32,000 bases of DNA from Dickeya dadantii NCPPB 898. Its GTDB lineage: Bacteria; Pseudomonadota; Gammaproteobacteria; Enterobacterales; Enterobacteriaceae. The stretch spans positions 2,674,379-2,706,378 of the forward strand of contig NZ_CM001976.1 of the NCBI RefSeq assembly GCF_000406145.1. The letters run 5' to 3'. Shown here in pieces: positions 1 through 10,199 of the stretch. Position 1 is the first letter of the stretch. Each line of letters opens with the position of its first letter. Below the pieces are notes generated by a model. That model was not told the origin of the DNA. It did no database searches and saw only the letters and a list, made by a program, of their open reading frames with translations. Both the position numbers and the translations under genes were made by a program.

Positions 1-932
1 GCCGCACCGGCCGCATGCTGCCAGACCTGAACCAGTGGCTGAATGACCCACAGGCGCAGGCTATCCCGCCCTATCAGGCGTTCGATAATGTCTACTTCGT
101 CGGGGTTTGCTGGGTTTCCGCCTGGCTGATTAAAACCAGCGGCGGTCCGGTGCTGATTGATACGCTGCATGAACCGTATGTTGACCGGTTGATCGCCAAT
201 ATCCGGCAAGTCGGCGTCGACCCGGCGGATATTAAACTGGTGTTGATGACCCACGGTCATTTCGACCATGTGGGCGGCGCTTATAAAATCAAAGCGTTGA
301 GTCAGGCGCGATTCGTCATGACCCAGGCCGGCTGGGACGAAGCGCGGGAAGACGCCGAACAATCGCAACATTCGCCCCATCCCTGGAAAATGCTGGATAA
401 CGCCGACATCGTGGCGCAGGACGGCCAGACCTTCACCGTCGGCGATACCACCTTTTACGCTTACGCCACTCCCGGTCATACCTGGGGAACCACGTCCTAC
501 GCCTTTGATGTCAAAGACGGCGGCAACGCCTATCGGGCTATCACCATCGGAGGAATGGGGTTGAATGCCATCGAAAATGCCCGGCAGGTACAAGCCTATA
601 TCGCCAGCATCGACCGTCTGAAGCGGCTGATTACCGATCCGCAACACCCGATCGCGGTTCACCTGACCGCGCACCCGTTCAATACCGGGTTAACCGAAGC
701 GAAAGAGCGCCTGAAGACACGCCAGCCGGGAGAGCCGCACCCGCTGGTCGACCAGGCCGCCTTGATTAAACAGCTGGATAGTGCCCGCGACGCGGCCGAA
801 CAACGCCTGCTCGCCGAGCAGAAAAAAGAAACAGGAAAACAAGAAGTAAGCGACATAAGTTCCGATGCTATCCGCACCGATGGCGCTGAAATCTATCGTG
901 CCGGGGCTCACCGCCCCGGCACGATACGATGA
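1..932 (+). CDS. Metallo-beta-lactamase-fold hydrolase (class B3-like), probably 5'-truncated by the window edge
   Basis: The frame is open from the window start. First ATG is at 15 and stop TGA at 930-932. HxHxDH zinc motif in LVLMTHGHFDHVGG, with later ATPGHTWG and HLTAHPF. The stop lies 8 bp from the convergent narK stop. Confidence 0.8.
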   Translation, partial: RTGRMLPDLNQWLNDPQAQAIPPYQAFDNVYFVGVCWVSAWLIKTSGGPVLIDTLHEPYVDRLIANIRQVGVDPADIKLVLMTHGHFDHVGGAYKIKALSQARFVMTQAGWDEAREDAEQSQHSPHPWKMLDNADIVAQDGQTFTVGDTTFYAYATPGHTWGTTSYAFDVKDGGNAYRAITIGGMGLNAIENARQVQAYIASIDRLKRLITDPQHPIAVHLTAHPFNTGLTEAKERLKTRQPGEPHPLVDQAALIKQLDSARDAAEQRLLAEQKKETGKQEVSDISSDAIRTDGAEIYRAGAHRPGTIR

Positions 933-940
933 GACAAACA

Positions 941-2332
941 TCAGGAACGGGTTTTACGTCCGTAACACAGCCAGGTGATAACCACGCAGGCAATGTAGAA
1001 CACCACGAAGATCTTCATAGCGCCGGCCGGCGAGCCGGTCATCGCCAGCGATGTGCCGAACGCTTTCGGGATGAAAAAGCCGCCGATAGCGCCGATGGCG
1101 GAGATGAATCCCAATGCCGCGGCGGTATCGGTCACCGCGCTGCGCTGCGCTTCGTCTTCGCCACCGCCCGCTGCGGTCACCCGCTCTACCGTCAATCCAC
1201 GGAAAATCACCGCGATCATCTGGAAGGTCGACCCGCTCCCCAGCCCGGCCGTCAAAAACAGCAGCATGAAGATACCAAAGAACAGCAGGAAGGAACCGGG
1301 CTGATTGTCACCCGGCAACGCGGTGAACAACAGCACGGACAGGATCGCCATGAACACGAAATTGATCAGCGTCACCCGCACGCCGCCGAAGCGGTCCGAC
1401 AGCATGCCGCCCACCGGACGCGCCAGCGCCCCTAACAACGGACCGCAAAAGGCGTAATGCAGGATAATCACATCCGGGAACTGGGTTTTCGACAGCATGG
1501 CGAAACCGGCGGAAAAACCGATAAAAGAGCCGAACGCCGACAGATACAGTACGCTGAGGATCCACAAATGCGCCCGCTTAAGCACCGGCAACTGCTGACG
1601 CAGCGACGCTTTGGCGGTGGACAGATCGTTCATGCCGAACCAGGCCGCCGCCGACGCGATAAGCAGCAGCGGCACCCACACCCAGGGGGCATTCTGCAGC
1701 CAGACCTGACCGCCGTCCGGCTGCGCCACGCCATTGCCGGTAAAACTCAGCACCGGCAGAAAAATCACTACCGGCACCAGCAACTGCATCACGCTGACGC
1801 CGAGATTACCGAAGCCGCCATTCAAACCCAGCGCGCTGCCCTGCTGTGCTTTGGGAAAAAAGAAGCTGATATTAGCCATGCTGGAGGCGAAATTGGCGCC
1901 GGCGAACCCGCACAACAACGAAATAACGATGAATACGCTGTAAGGCGTTTGCGGGTCCTGTACCACGAACCCCAGCCACACACACGGGATGACCAAAATC
2001 AACGTACTGAAGGTGGTCCAGCGGCGCCCGCCCGCCAGCGGAATAATAAATGAATACGGCACCCGCAGCAGCGCGCCGGATACCGACGGTAAGGCGGTCA
2101 GCATAAACAGCTGATCGGTGGTGAAATGGAACCCAACCTTGTTCAGGTTGACGGCCACGGTGCTGAACAACATCCAGACACAGAAAGCCAGCAACAGACA
2201 AGGAATTGAAATCCACAGGTTGCGTTGGGCGATGCCGCGCCCCTGTTTTTGCCAGAACTGAACGTCTTCCGGGCGCCAATCCCGGATAACAGTCTGTCGT
2301 GAATCGCCTGGCGTAATGGTTGACTGCGTCAT
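941..2332 (-). CDS. narK: Nitrate/nitrite transporter NarK (MFS)
   Basis: 463 aa and essentially colinear with E. coli NarK as recalled (DWRPED..FW, NLWISIPCLLLAFCVWMLFS, GFAGANFASSMANISFFFPK, GSTFQMI). GAGG RBS precedes the ATG at 2332. Confidence 0.95.
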   Translation of the reverse strand: MTQSTITPGDSRQTVIRDWRPEDVQFWQKQGRGIAQRNLWISIPCLLLAFCVWMLFSTVAVNLNKVGFHFTTDQLFMLTALPSVSGALLRVPYSFIIPLAGGRRWTTFSTLILVIPCVWLGFVVQDPQTPYSVFIVISLLCGFAGANFASSMANISFFFPKAQQGSALGLNGGFGNLGVSVMQLLVPVVIFLPVLSFTGNGVAQPDGGQVWLQNAPWVWVPLLLIASAAAWFGMNDLSTAKASLRQQLPVLKRAHLWILSVLYLSAFGSFIGFSAGFAMLSKTQFPDVIILHYAFCGPLLGALARPVGGMLSDRFGGVRVTLINFVFMAILSVLLFTALPGDNQPGSFLLFFGIFMLLFLTAGLGSGSTFQMIAVIFRGLTVERVTAAGGGEDEAQRSAVTDTAAALGFISAIGAIGGFFIPKAFGTSLAMTGSPAGAMKIFVVFYIACVVITWLCYGRKTRS

Positions 2333-2401
2333 AAAAAGCCTCGGTCAGTAAAAATACCTCTATCACTACGCGCCACATTAGAAGGTATGTCCGGGGCAAA
2401 G

Positions 2402-2415
2402 TTGATATACATCAA
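2402..2415 (-). promoter_or_regulatory. FNR box of the narK promoter
   Basis: TTGATATACATCAA is a perfect TTGAT-N4-ATCAA. A TAATGT -10-like hexamer (complement of 2375-2380) places the box near -41.5. The box centre is about 76 bp upstream of the narK ATG. Confidence 0.75.
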
Positions 2416-2572
2416 CAGGTTGTTGGGTAAAAAAATGCACCTCTTTCGCTACCACTCCCAAGGGGGTAAGCGACAGTGACAAGTTAATGTCGTAGTTTCA
2501 TACTGTTATAGTCATTTGCTTTGTCACTGTACTCACTACTACCCCCTTATTGAAATTAAGTGGTACTTCTTT

Positions 2573-2592
2573 AGGGGTATGGGGTTACCCCT
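2573..2592. promoter_or_regulatory. Candidate NarL/NarP heptamer pair (AGGGGTA-N6-TACCCCT)
   Basis: Both arms are exact TACYYMT heptamers (TACCCCT) in inverted orientation. They lie about 205-225 bp upstream of the predicted narK start, the region where E. coli narK carries NarL sites. Further full or near heptamers: TACCTCT 2355-2361, TACCACT 2451-2457, TACCCCC 2540-2546. Confidence 0.45.
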
Positions 2593-2752
2593 GAAAATAA
2601 GAAAAAATGACCTTGTGATGCGTGAGGCTGCTTCCCACGGCAGGCAGCAGGATTCGGGTTTCTGTCGATCTCCATCAAAGCGTAGCACCATACCCGCGGT
2701 ATAGTTTTTATCACACAAACGCGTTTCCACTTTCGTCACAGGCGGTTTCCCG

Positions 2753-4564
2753 ATGTTCAGACGCTTTCGGCTTCCACTCTCGCTGGTCAATCAGGTGGCG
2801 TTGCTGATGTTGCTGCTGGGCCTGTTGGGGATTGCGGGCATGGCGGTTTCCAGTTGGATGTCGCAAAGCATTCAGGGCAACGCGCACGCCATCAATACCG
2901 CCGGCTCTCTGCGTATGCAAAGCTACCGGTTGCTGTCGATGGTGCCGCTCAACGCCGACAGTGAGCGCTATTTGCAGGAACTGGAACGGGATGAAAACGA
3001 CGACGACCTGCGTCAGGCGGTGATGCGCGAGGGATTAAGCGAACAGTTCATCACCTTGCGACATTACTGGGCGGAACAGCTTAAACCGCGCCTGCGCCAG
3101 GCTGAACGCCCGACCGACGCCGCCGCCGCGGCGGCCGATTTTGTCCATCATCTGGATACGCTGGTGCTGGCCATCGACCAGAAAACCGAAGCGCACCTGC
3201 GGCTGGTGACGCTAGTGCAACGCGTTTTTATCGGCATCATGCTGTCGCTATTGCTGATCACCTTTTTCTATTTGCGCCACCGCCTGCTGGCCCCCTGGCG
3301 TAAGCTGGTGTCGATGGCGCAGGCCATCGGCCAGGGCGAATTCCATCAGCGTGTAACGCTGCGCGGTCAGGACGAAATGAGCACGCTGGCGCAGGCGCTG
3401 AACAATATGTCGGATGAGTTGTCGGCGATGTACCACGATCTGGAGCGGCGGGTAGCGGAAAAAACCGCCGACCTGCAGCAGAAGAACGACACGCTGGCGT
3501 TTCTCTACCGCTCCAGCCGTCGGCTACATACCAGCACGCCGTTATGCAGCCGGCTACTGCCGGTGCTGGATGAGCTGAGCGCGCTGATGCCGCTGTCCGA
3601 TATCCGCTTACAGCTCTACGAAGACAATCATCAGGCGCATGTCACGCCGTCCAGCCTGACGCTTATTCCCGACCCCGACGCCTGCCCGGACAGCCACTGC
3701 CAACGCTGCGATCACCTTTCGCCGCCCCGCATGACGACAGAAGGCAAACCGGTAAGCTGGAATCTGCACGACAAGCTCGGCCATTACGGCGTGGTGCTGG
3801 CGCGGTTGCCCGAAAATCAGCACCTGACGCCCGACCAGCACCAGTTGCTGAATACCTTACTGGAGCAACTGACCAGCACGCTGGCGCTGGAGCGGCAATC
3901 CAGCCATCAGCAGCAGTTGATGCTGATGGAGGAACGCGCCACCATCGCCCGCGAACTGCATGACTCCATCGCCCAGTCGCTGTCCTGTCTGAAGATTCAG
4001 ATCAGTTGCCTGCAGATGCAGCACACCGCGCTAACGCCGGAGATACAACAGCAACTGAACGCCATGCGCGATGAAACCAATACCGCCTACCGGCAGCTAC
4101 GCGAGTTGCTGACCACCTTCCGGCTCAAGCTGTCGGAATCCGGCCTGCTGGCGGCATTGCGGGCCACCACGGACGAATTCAGTCAACGCCTCGGCTACGA
4201 TATCGCGCTGGACTACCAGCTACCGTTACAGGCGGTGTCCGCCCATCAGGGCATTCATTTGCTGCAGATCGTGCGTGAGGCGTTGAGCAATATTTACAAA
4301 CATGCGCAGGCTACGGCCGTTAACATCACCCTGCGTCAGCAACAACGACACATTGAGCTGCGCGTGCGCGATAACGGCATCGGTATCAGCGATGACATCG
4401 GCCGCGCCAATCATTACGGTTTGATTATTATGCGCGACCGCGCCCGCAGCCTGCACGGCGACTGTACTATTCAACGTCTTGCGTCCGGCGGCACAGAAGT
4501 CTGCGTCAGCTTTCTGGCAGACTACCGCCAGCCACCCGTACTATCAGGAGAAAACCATGACTAA
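2753..4564 (+). CDS. narX: Nitrate/nitrite sensor histidine kinase NarX
   Basis: 603 aa. The N-terminal P-box region ([10 protein letters not shown]) matches E. coli NarX as recalled. So do the H-box ([19 protein letters not shown]) and the C-terminal ATPase motifs ([34 protein letters not shown]). Confidence 0.95.
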   Translation: MFRRFRLPLSLVNQVALLMLLLGLLGIAGMAVSSWMSQSIQGNAHAINTAGSLRMQSYRLLSMVPLNADSERYLQELERDENDDDLRQAVMREGLSEQFITLRHYWAEQLKPRLRQAERPTDAAAAAADFVHHLDTLVLAIDQKTEAHLRLVTLVQRVFIGIMLSLLLITFFYLRHRLLAPWRKLVSMAQAIGQGEFHQRVTLRGQDEMSTLAQALNNMSDELSAMYHDLERRVAEKTADLQQKNDTLAFLYRSSRRLHTSTPLCSRLLPVLDELSALMPLSDIRLQLYEDNHQAHVTPSSLTLIPDPDACPDSHCQRCDHLSPPRMTTEGKPVSWNLHDKLGHYGVVLARLPENQHLTPDQHQLLNTLLEQLTSTLALERQSSHQQQLMLMEERATIARELHDSIAQSLSCLKIQISCLQMQHTALTPEIQQQLNAMRDETNTAYRQLRELLTTFRLKLSESGLLAALRATTDEFSQRLGYDIALDYQLPLQAVSAHQGIHLLQIVREALSNIYKHAQATAVNITLRQQQRHIELRVRDNGIGISDDIGRANHYGLIIMRDRARSLHGDCTIQRLASGGTEVCVSFLADYRQPPVLSGENHD

Positions 4565-5204
4565 CGACGCCGCCACCGTGCTGCTGATTGACGACCATCC
4601 GATGCTGCGCAACGGCGTCAAGCAGTTGCTTAGCATGGCGCCCGACCTGCGCGTAGTCGGCGAAGCCAGCCACGGCGAGCAAGGCGTTACGCTGGCGGAA
4701 CAGCTGGATCCGGATTTGATTCTGCTGGATTTGAACATGCCCGGCATGAACGGGCTGGAAACGCTGGCCCGGCTGCGCGAAACCCCACTGTCCGGGCGTA
4801 TCGTGGTGTTTACCGTTTCCAACCACGAAGAAGATGTGATCAGCGCGTTTAAAAGCGGTGCCGATGGTTATCTGCTCAAGGATATGGAACCGGAAGACCT
4901 GCTGGTGGCGCTGCATCAGGCCGCCGCCGGCAAAATGGTGCTCAGCGATGCCCTGACGCCGGTTCTGGCGGCCAGCCTGCGGGAAACGCGCAGCAGCGAT
5001 ACGCGGGATATCCAGCAACTGACCCCGCGGGAAAAAGATATCCTGAAGCTGATCGCCCAGGGTCTGCCCAACAAGGTCATCGCCCGTAAGCTGACGATTA
5101 CCGAAAGCACGGTGAAAGTACACGTCAAACATCTGCTGAAAAAAATGAAATTGCGCTCCCGGGTGGAAGCCGCAGTCTGGGTGGTGCAAGAGAAGATTTT
5201 TTAA
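4557..5204 (+). CDS. narL: Nitrate/nitrite response regulator NarL
   Basis: The ATG at 4557 ([20 protein letters not shown]...) aligns with the E. coli NarL N-terminus. AGGAG lies upstream. The start overlaps the narX stop (ATGACTAA). LuxR-type HTH at the C-terminus ([19 protein letters not shown]). The tracked ORF start at 4479 is an in-frame upstream extension. Confidence 0.95.
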   Translation: MTNDAATVLLIDDHPMLRNGVKQLLSMAPDLRVVGEASHGEQGVTLAEQLDPDLILLDLNMPGMNGLETLARLRETPLSGRIVVFTVSNHEEDVISAFKSGADGYLLKDMEPEDLLVALHQAAAGKMVLSDALTPVLAASLRETRSSDTRDIQQLTPREKDILKLIAQGLPNKVIARKLTITESTVKVHVKHLLKKMKLRSRVEAAVWVVQEKIF

Positions 5205-5228
5205 CCGGCGGCGGCCGGACGCCGCCGG
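5205..5228 (+). terminator. GC-rich hairpin after narL (weak terminator candidate)
   Basis: CCGGCGGCG (5205-5213) pairs perfectly with CGCCGCCGG (5220-5228) across a 6-nt loop. No T-run follows. Confidence 0.3.
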
Positions 5229-5463
5229 CCAGCACCGCCACGCCGATGTCGCGCTTACTTTTTGAGGTCAAAAATTACAGTAAAATACACCCACCTACAC
5301 TTCTATACGTTTATTTGCGTTACGGCTGATAAAGTAACGCCCGTTCATGGTTTTTAGTACTTTATCGCCATTTTCCTAGATATTTCCCCATATTCCTTTC
5401 CTAGACTCACCTTGTTCGGCGTTTCATTGCGCTTTCGCCAGGCTTAACCGGAGGAAAAAGAGA

Positions 5464-6732
5464 ATGAAAGTCAGAGAACGATATATTGGACTGGAATGGC
5501 TCCGGTTTCTGCTTGGATGCTATGTCATGGTCTACCACACCGTACATGTCTATCCGCAGCGTGAAAAGATCCTCTTTCTGAACGAACTGACCAGCATGGG
5601 ATTCTTCGCCACCAGTACTTTTTTTGTGTTATCCGGCTTTCTGCTGACGCACGTTTATCTGCGTGACGGCCAGTTGCGGGAACCCGCCCGGCACTTTTTA
5701 GCCAAGCGGTTGTTTAACCTCTACCCGATTCATATCATCGGTCTGGTGTCATCCATCGTCGTGGTCAGCCTGATGCACTGGCTGGCGATTCCGCCGGAAG
5801 GTCAGGTCGCCAGCGCCCGCTTCGTGATTTACGACAGCAACGACCCCAGTGTCGCGCCGGAGACGTTACGCCACTACATGGACAACGCTGAACTGGCTTT
5901 TAACGGCTTGTTGCAATTACTGATGTTGCAGGCGTGGAACCCCTACTTTCTGACCTTCAACGCGCCGTTGTGGTCGGTGTCGACACTGTTCTTCTTCTAT
6001 TTGCTGTTCCCACTGCTGGCGCCGCGGCTGTTGGGCAGTCGTCACCCGCGCCTGTGGCTGATGGCGATGTTCGTGCTGTATTTACTGCCGCCGATATGGG
6101 TGATCTGGCATCAATTATATGGCGCGCCATACACCGGCCTGCTACAACGCAACCCCTTGCTGCGCCTGCCGGAATTTCTGGCCGGGGTGCTGGGCTACGC
6201 CATTTTCCGTCAATACCGCGACGGCACGCTGCCGGCGCTGACCCGTATGCAGCGCAAAGCGCTGGGCGCCTTTATCTGCCTGAGTTTTATCATCGCTACC
6301 TGGTTGTTTACGCATGGCGAACGCTACTGGTATTTCCTGCTGCACAACGGTCTGTTGTTGCCGGCACAGGTAGCGCTGGTGTGCCTGTGCGCTCACTTCC
6401 GCGAACCGGACAGCGAAACGCTGAAAACCTGGGCAACCCGGCTGGGCGCGGCATCGCTGTCGATCTTTGCCCTGCATGTGCCGCTATTTAACCTGTTCCG
6501 TACGCTGGAACAGCTGTTGCGCGGCGACCCGCTACAGTGCTTCAGCGACTGGACGGCCTGTATCGACGCCGCCGGAAGAGTCGATCTGTCCATGACCGGC
6601 TATGGCGTGTTCCTGCTGACCACCGTCGCACTGTGCGTGGTATTGCAGGAACAGGTGGTCATCCGCATGAAACAGGCATTGACCGAACGCTTCCTGGGCC
6701 GCCGTTTCCACCCCTCCCGCAGCGCGGCCTGA
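5464..6732 (+). CDS. Integral-membrane acyltransferase (acyltransferase-3 / OafA-OpgC-like family)
   Basis: 422 aa and polytopic. The N-terminal signature IGLEWLRFLLGCYVMVYH is typical of acyltransferase_3. GGAGG RBS lies 7 nt upstream of the ATG. Confidence 0.7.
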   Translation: MKVRERYIGLEWLRFLLGCYVMVYHTVHVYPQREKILFLNELTSMGFFATSTFFVLSGFLLTHVYLRDGQLREPARHFLAKRLFNLYPIHIIGLVSSIVVVSLMHWLAIPPEGQVASARFVIYDSNDPSVAPETLRHYMDNAELAFNGLLQLLMLQAWNPYFLTFNAPLWSVSTLFFFYLLFPLLAPRLLGSRHPRLWLMAMFVLYLLPPIWVIWHQLYGAPYTGLLQRNPLLRLPEFLAGVLGYAIFRQYRDGTLPALTRMQRKALGAFICLSFIIATWLFTHGERYWYFLLHNGLLLPAQVALVCLCAHFREPDSETLKTWATRLGAASLSIFALHVPLFNLFRTLEQLLRGDPLQCFSDWTACIDAAGRVDLSMTGYGVFLLTTVALCVVLQEQVVIRMKQALTERFLGRRFHPSRSAA

Positions 6733-6736
6733 TGAT

Positions 6737-6780
6737 AACGGCTATCGCGGTGATGTGATCATCGTCACCGTTATAGCCGT
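6737..6780 (+). terminator. Long imperfect hairpin after the acyltransferase gene
   Basis: ACGGCTAT (6738-6745) pairs with ATAGCCGT (6773-6780). An inner GGTGA/TCACC pairing is also present. No T-run. Confidence 0.3.
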
Positions 6781-6953
6781 AAATCATTAATCACACGGTT
6801 TATAACAATTTCCATTCTAATTATGGGACACTTATACCTAGAGGCGCAGCGCGATTCCTGTTAATGTTTGCCTCGCCGGAAAAAACCGGTACATCGATGC
6901 ATCGTCTGAACGGCGTCTTTCACTTTTAGTCACCCACTGTTTTATCTGACATC

Positions 6954-8009
6954 ATGACACATTCCAAACACGCACTTTCGTCGCTGAGTCTGTTTATCGC
7001 CCTCAGCGCCGCAGGCATTTCCACCAGCCATGCGGACACCGTCTGGTTAACCAACGGTGACAAGATCAGCGGCCAGATTACGCTGCTGGACAGCGGTAAA
7101 TTGTTTATCAAAACCGACTATGCCGACACCGTGTCGGTCACCTGGGACAAAGTCAAAACCTTCCAGACCGACCACGGGATGGTGATTCAGGGACAACGCT
7201 ACGAGAAAGGCGTGCTCTACCCGTCCATCAAGGCCTCCGATAGTTCACGCGCCATCGTTGCCCAGCCGGCAAGCGTAGATGGCCAGCAGGTCAGCGCCGG
7301 TCAGGAAACCCTGCCGCTGTCTGATATCAACTCGATGGTGGTACCGCGCCGCTGGGTGGAAGATTTCTCCTGGAAAGGCAATGTCGACGTCAGCCTGGCT
7401 CACAAGAAAAGCTCCACCGAAACCGACAACCGCGATGTCACGCTGAGCACCCGCCTGCGTCACGGCACCTGGCGCCACAATCTGGATGCCAGCTACCACA
7501 TGACCAAAGAAGACAATGTGGAGAGCACCAAAAACGCCGCCGGCGAATACGCGCTGGATAAATTCATCGACGAGCACTGGTTCTGGCAGGGTCGTTATGA
7601 ATACAAACGCGACTGGGTGGAAAACATCAAGATCAACCGCTCCGTCGGTACCGGTCCGGGCTACCAGTTCTGGGATAACGATCTGGGCTCCTTCTCCGTC
7701 ACCACGCTGGTGAACTCCCAGACCTTTATTTATCAGAACAACAGCGAAGACAATTTCTACTCCGGCGGCCTGAAGTGGAACTACGATCGTTTCCTGTTCA
7801 GCAAGCGCACCGAATTGTTCACCGATGGCGAAGTGGGCCGTTCGTTTGACAGCACCACTCCGCTTTACTTCAAAGCTGGCGCCGGTTTGCGCTTCAAGGT
7901 TACCGACTGGTCATCCGTCAGCATGAAGGTGTCCCGCAACCGCACCGAAAGCGTTCAGGGCAACGTCAACGATACCCTGTACTCGCTGGGTCTGGGCGTC
8001 GGCTGGTAA
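6954..8009 (+). CDS. DUF481-family outer-membrane beta-barrel protein (YdiY-like) with N-terminal extension
   Basis: Signal peptide ending SHA|DT. N-terminal DTVWLTNGDKISGQI motif common in DUF481 proteins. Alternating beta-strand pattern and an aromatic C-terminus (LGLGVGW). Confidence 0.7.
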   Translation: MTHSKHALSSLSLFIALSAAGISTSHADTVWLTNGDKISGQITLLDSGKLFIKTDYADTVSVTWDKVKTFQTDHGMVIQGQRYEKGVLYPSIKASDSSRAIVAQPASVDGQQVSAGQETLPLSDINSMVVPRRWVEDFSWKGNVDVSLAHKKSSTETDNRDVTLSTRLRHGTWRHNLDASYHMTKEDNVESTKNAAGEYALDKFIDEHWFWQGRYEYKRDWVENIKINRSVGTGPGYQFWDNDLGSFSVTTLVNSQTFIYQNNSEDNFYSGGLKWNYDRFLFSKRTELFTDGEVGRSFDSTTPLYFKAGAGLRFKVTDWSSVSMKVSRNRTESVQGNVNDTLYSLGLGVGW

Positions 8010-8106
8010 TTCCCGGCCCGGTTCCTGCGATTGCCGCAGGAACCGTTCCCCACTATCACCGTACGTTTCATCTATAAAAGCGCTACACATAAAAAGTTCC
8101 GCGCAT

Positions 8107-8138
8107 AAAAAAGCCCGGTTTTCTCACCGGGCTTTTTC
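8107..8138. terminator. Bidirectional rho-independent terminator between the DUF481 gene and prc
   Basis: AAGCCCGGT (8111-8119) pairs with ACCGGGCTT (8126-8134) across a 6-nt loop. An A-run flanks it on the left and a T-run on the right. Confidence 0.8.
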
Positions 8139-8158
8139 TTTAGTGCTGTTGCTCGCCT

Positions 8159-10180
8159 TTACTGCGGTTTCGGTTCCTGTTTAGACAGGTCTTCCGCAAT
8201 CTGGACGGTTTCATTCAGGTAAGCGTCCGGATCCTGATAATCCTTCGGCAAATCATCCAGCGACTTCAACGGCGGTTTACCCTGACGTTTCAGTCGATCG
8301 TTGATGCGCTGCAGGCGCGTAGACTCGTCTTCGTTGTTTTCTTTCTGGCGCTGGACCAGATTCAGCGATACATGGTTACGCTTATCTTTCAGCTCCTGGT
8401 AGCGAGCCACATCCTGCTGGATGTACTGGAACTCCGGATCCCTGGCGATACGCGCGTTATGCTGATCGATCAGCCCCGGCAACAGCGGTTTCATGTCGCC
8501 CATCACCGTATAACTGGCCGGCTTGATGCTGTCCCACGGCAAGGCGTTGTCTTCAAACTTCTCGCCGGTATCGACCATCTCGTTGCCGGTCGGCATCACG
8601 ATATCAGGTGTGACCCCTTTACGCTGGGTGCTGCCGCCATTGATACGATAGAACTTCTGGATGGTGTATTGCACCGAACCCAACGCCGGCCATTCCGGGC
8701 GCAGCATCTGATCGTAAATGCGGTTGAGAGAACGGTACTGTTGCACCGTGCCCTTGCCGAAGGTCGGCTCGCCGACAATCAGCGCACGGCCGTAATCCTG
8801 CATCGCCGCGGCGAAAATCTCCGACGCCGAGGCGCTAAAGCGGTCAACCAGCACCACCAACGGACCTTTGTAATAGATAGTGTCGTCGGTATCGCTGTCT
8901 TCGCGCACTTTGCCGTTGTTGTCGCGCACCTGCACTACCGGCCCGGTGGGAATGAACAACCCCGACAGGCTGACCGCTTCCGTCAGCGCACCGCCGCCGT
9001 TGCCGCGCAGGTCAATGATGATGCTGCTGACATGCTCTTTCTCCAGCTTCTGCAACTGCACTTTCACATCATCCGTCAGTCCGACGTAGAAACCGGGGAT
9101 ATCCAGCACGCCGACTTTGTCTTTGCCCGCGTCCTTGATCGACATTTTCACCGCGCGATCTTCCAGCCGGATACGTTCACGAGTCAGGGTAATGGTTTGC
9201 GTTTTGGTGCCCTTGCCTGCCGGCAGCACTTCCAGACGCACCTTGCTGCCTTTCGGCCCCTTGATCAACGCGACTACATCGTCCAGACGCCAGCCGATCA
9301 CATCCACCATCGGCTTGCCGGTCTGACCGACGCCCACGATGCGATCGCCAACGCTGATGCGTTTGCTTTTCGCCGCCGGACCGCCCGGCACCATGGAGTT
9401 GATCACGGTGTAATCTTCATCCATCTGCAACACGGCGCCGATGCCTTCCAGCGACAGGCTCATTTCGGTATTGAACTGCTCGGTATTGCGCGGCGACAGA
9501 TAACTGGTGTGTGGATCGATTTCCCGCGCGAAGGCGTTCATGATCAACTGAAACACGTCTTCGCTGTTGGTTTGCACCAGACGGCGAATCGCAAACTGAT
9601 AACGTTTGGTCAGCGTTTCCTTGATTTCCGCATCGGTCTTGCCGGTCAGTTTCAGGCTCAGCCAGTCATATTTGACTTTGGCATCCCACAATGCATTGAG
9701 CTCATCCACGTTTTGCGGCCACGGCGCCTTGGCGCGATCGAGATCGATAACATCGTTGCCGTTCAGATTGACCGGTTTTTCCAGCAGCGTCAGCGCGTAC
9801 TGGTAACGTTCGAAACGGCGTTTCTGGGCCAGATTGTACATTGCGTACGGCAGGCTGAGCTTGCCGCTTTTCAGATCGTCGCCCAACTCGCCTTTCTGAC
9901 CGGAAAACTGCGCCACGTCGGAAGCCAGCAGCACGTTATGGCTGTAATCCAGCATGTTGAGGTAACGATCAAAAATCTTGCCGGAAAACTGTGCATCCAG
10001 CATGAACTGGCGATAGTGGGAACGCAGAAAACGCGACGCGACGCGTTCGCTAACGGTGGAATGCTGCGCTTCCGGCTGCAATTGGGGGATTTGATCCGCG
10101 CGGGTGATATTCTCACTGGCAAAACTGCATCCAGACAGCAAAAGCCAGATTAAAGCCGCTGCTTTGACAAATTTGTTCAT
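8159..10180 (-). CDS. prc: Tail-specific (C-terminal processing) periplasmic protease Prc
   Basis: 673 aa, near-colinear with E. coli Prc as recalled (ITRADQIP, EGIGAVLQMD, FSASASEIFAAAMQDYGRAL, GKGTVQQ). Confidence 0.95.
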   Translation of the reverse strand: MNKFVKAAALIWLLLSGCSFASENITRADQIPQLQPEAQHSTVSERVASRFLRSHYRQFMLDAQFSGKIFDRYLNMLDYSHNVLLASDVAQFSGQKGELGDDLKSGKLSLPYAMYNLAQKRRFERYQYALTLLEKPVNLNGNDVIDLDRAKAPWPQNVDELNALWDAKVKYDWLSLKLTGKTDAEIKETLTKRYQFAIRRLVQTNSEDVFQLIMNAFAREIDPHTSYLSPRNTEQFNTEMSLSLEGIGAVLQMDEDYTVINSMVPGGPAAKSKRISVGDRIVGVGQTGKPMVDVIGWRLDDVVALIKGPKGSKVRLEVLPAGKGTKTQTITLTRERIRLEDRAVKMSIKDAGKDKVGVLDIPGFYVGLTDDVKVQLQKLEKEHVSSIIIDLRGNGGGALTEAVSLSGLFIPTGPVVQVRDNNGKVREDSDTDDTIYYKGPLVVLVDRFSASASEIFAAAMQDYGRALIVGEPTFGKGTVQQYRSLNRIYDQMLRPEWPALGSVQYTIQKFYRINGGSTQRKGVTPDIVMPTGNEMVDTGEKFEDNALPWDSIKPASYTVMGDMKPLLPGLIDQHNARIARDPEFQYIQQDVARYQELKDKRNHVSLNLVQRQKENNEDESTRLQRINDRLKRQGKPPLKSLDDLPKDYQDPDAYLNETVQIAEDLSKQEPKPQ

Positions 10181-10199
10181 GCCCAGGTTGGCCTCCGTA

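Noticed and set aside
929-2399. Several plus- and minus-strand ORFs inside narK (929..1435, 1457..2053, 1872..2399 and others)
   Set aside because: They are out-of-frame or antisense overlaps of the NarK homologue, with low-complexity R/H/Q-rich products.
4479-4556. Upstream extensions offered by the ORF track for narL (4479), letA (11740), gpV (28087), the TraR-like gene (22923), the small ORF (22600), yebW (17581), the MCP (20049) and msrC (11531)
   Set aside because: Homologue N-termini and RBS positions support the internal starts given in the feature list.
4506-5189. 227-aa minus-strand ORF
   Set aside because: It lies antisense to narL.
5934-6491. 185-aa plus-strand ORF inside the acyltransferase gene
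   Set aside because: It is an alternative frame of a well-supported polytopic membrane protein gene, with an Ala/Arg/Gly-rich product.
8372-10153. 593-aa ORF on the plus strand
   Set aside because: It lies antisense to the clearly homologous prc gene. The product is Arg/His/Gln/Phe-rich with no recognisable motifs, so it is a typical shadow ORF of a GC-rich gene.
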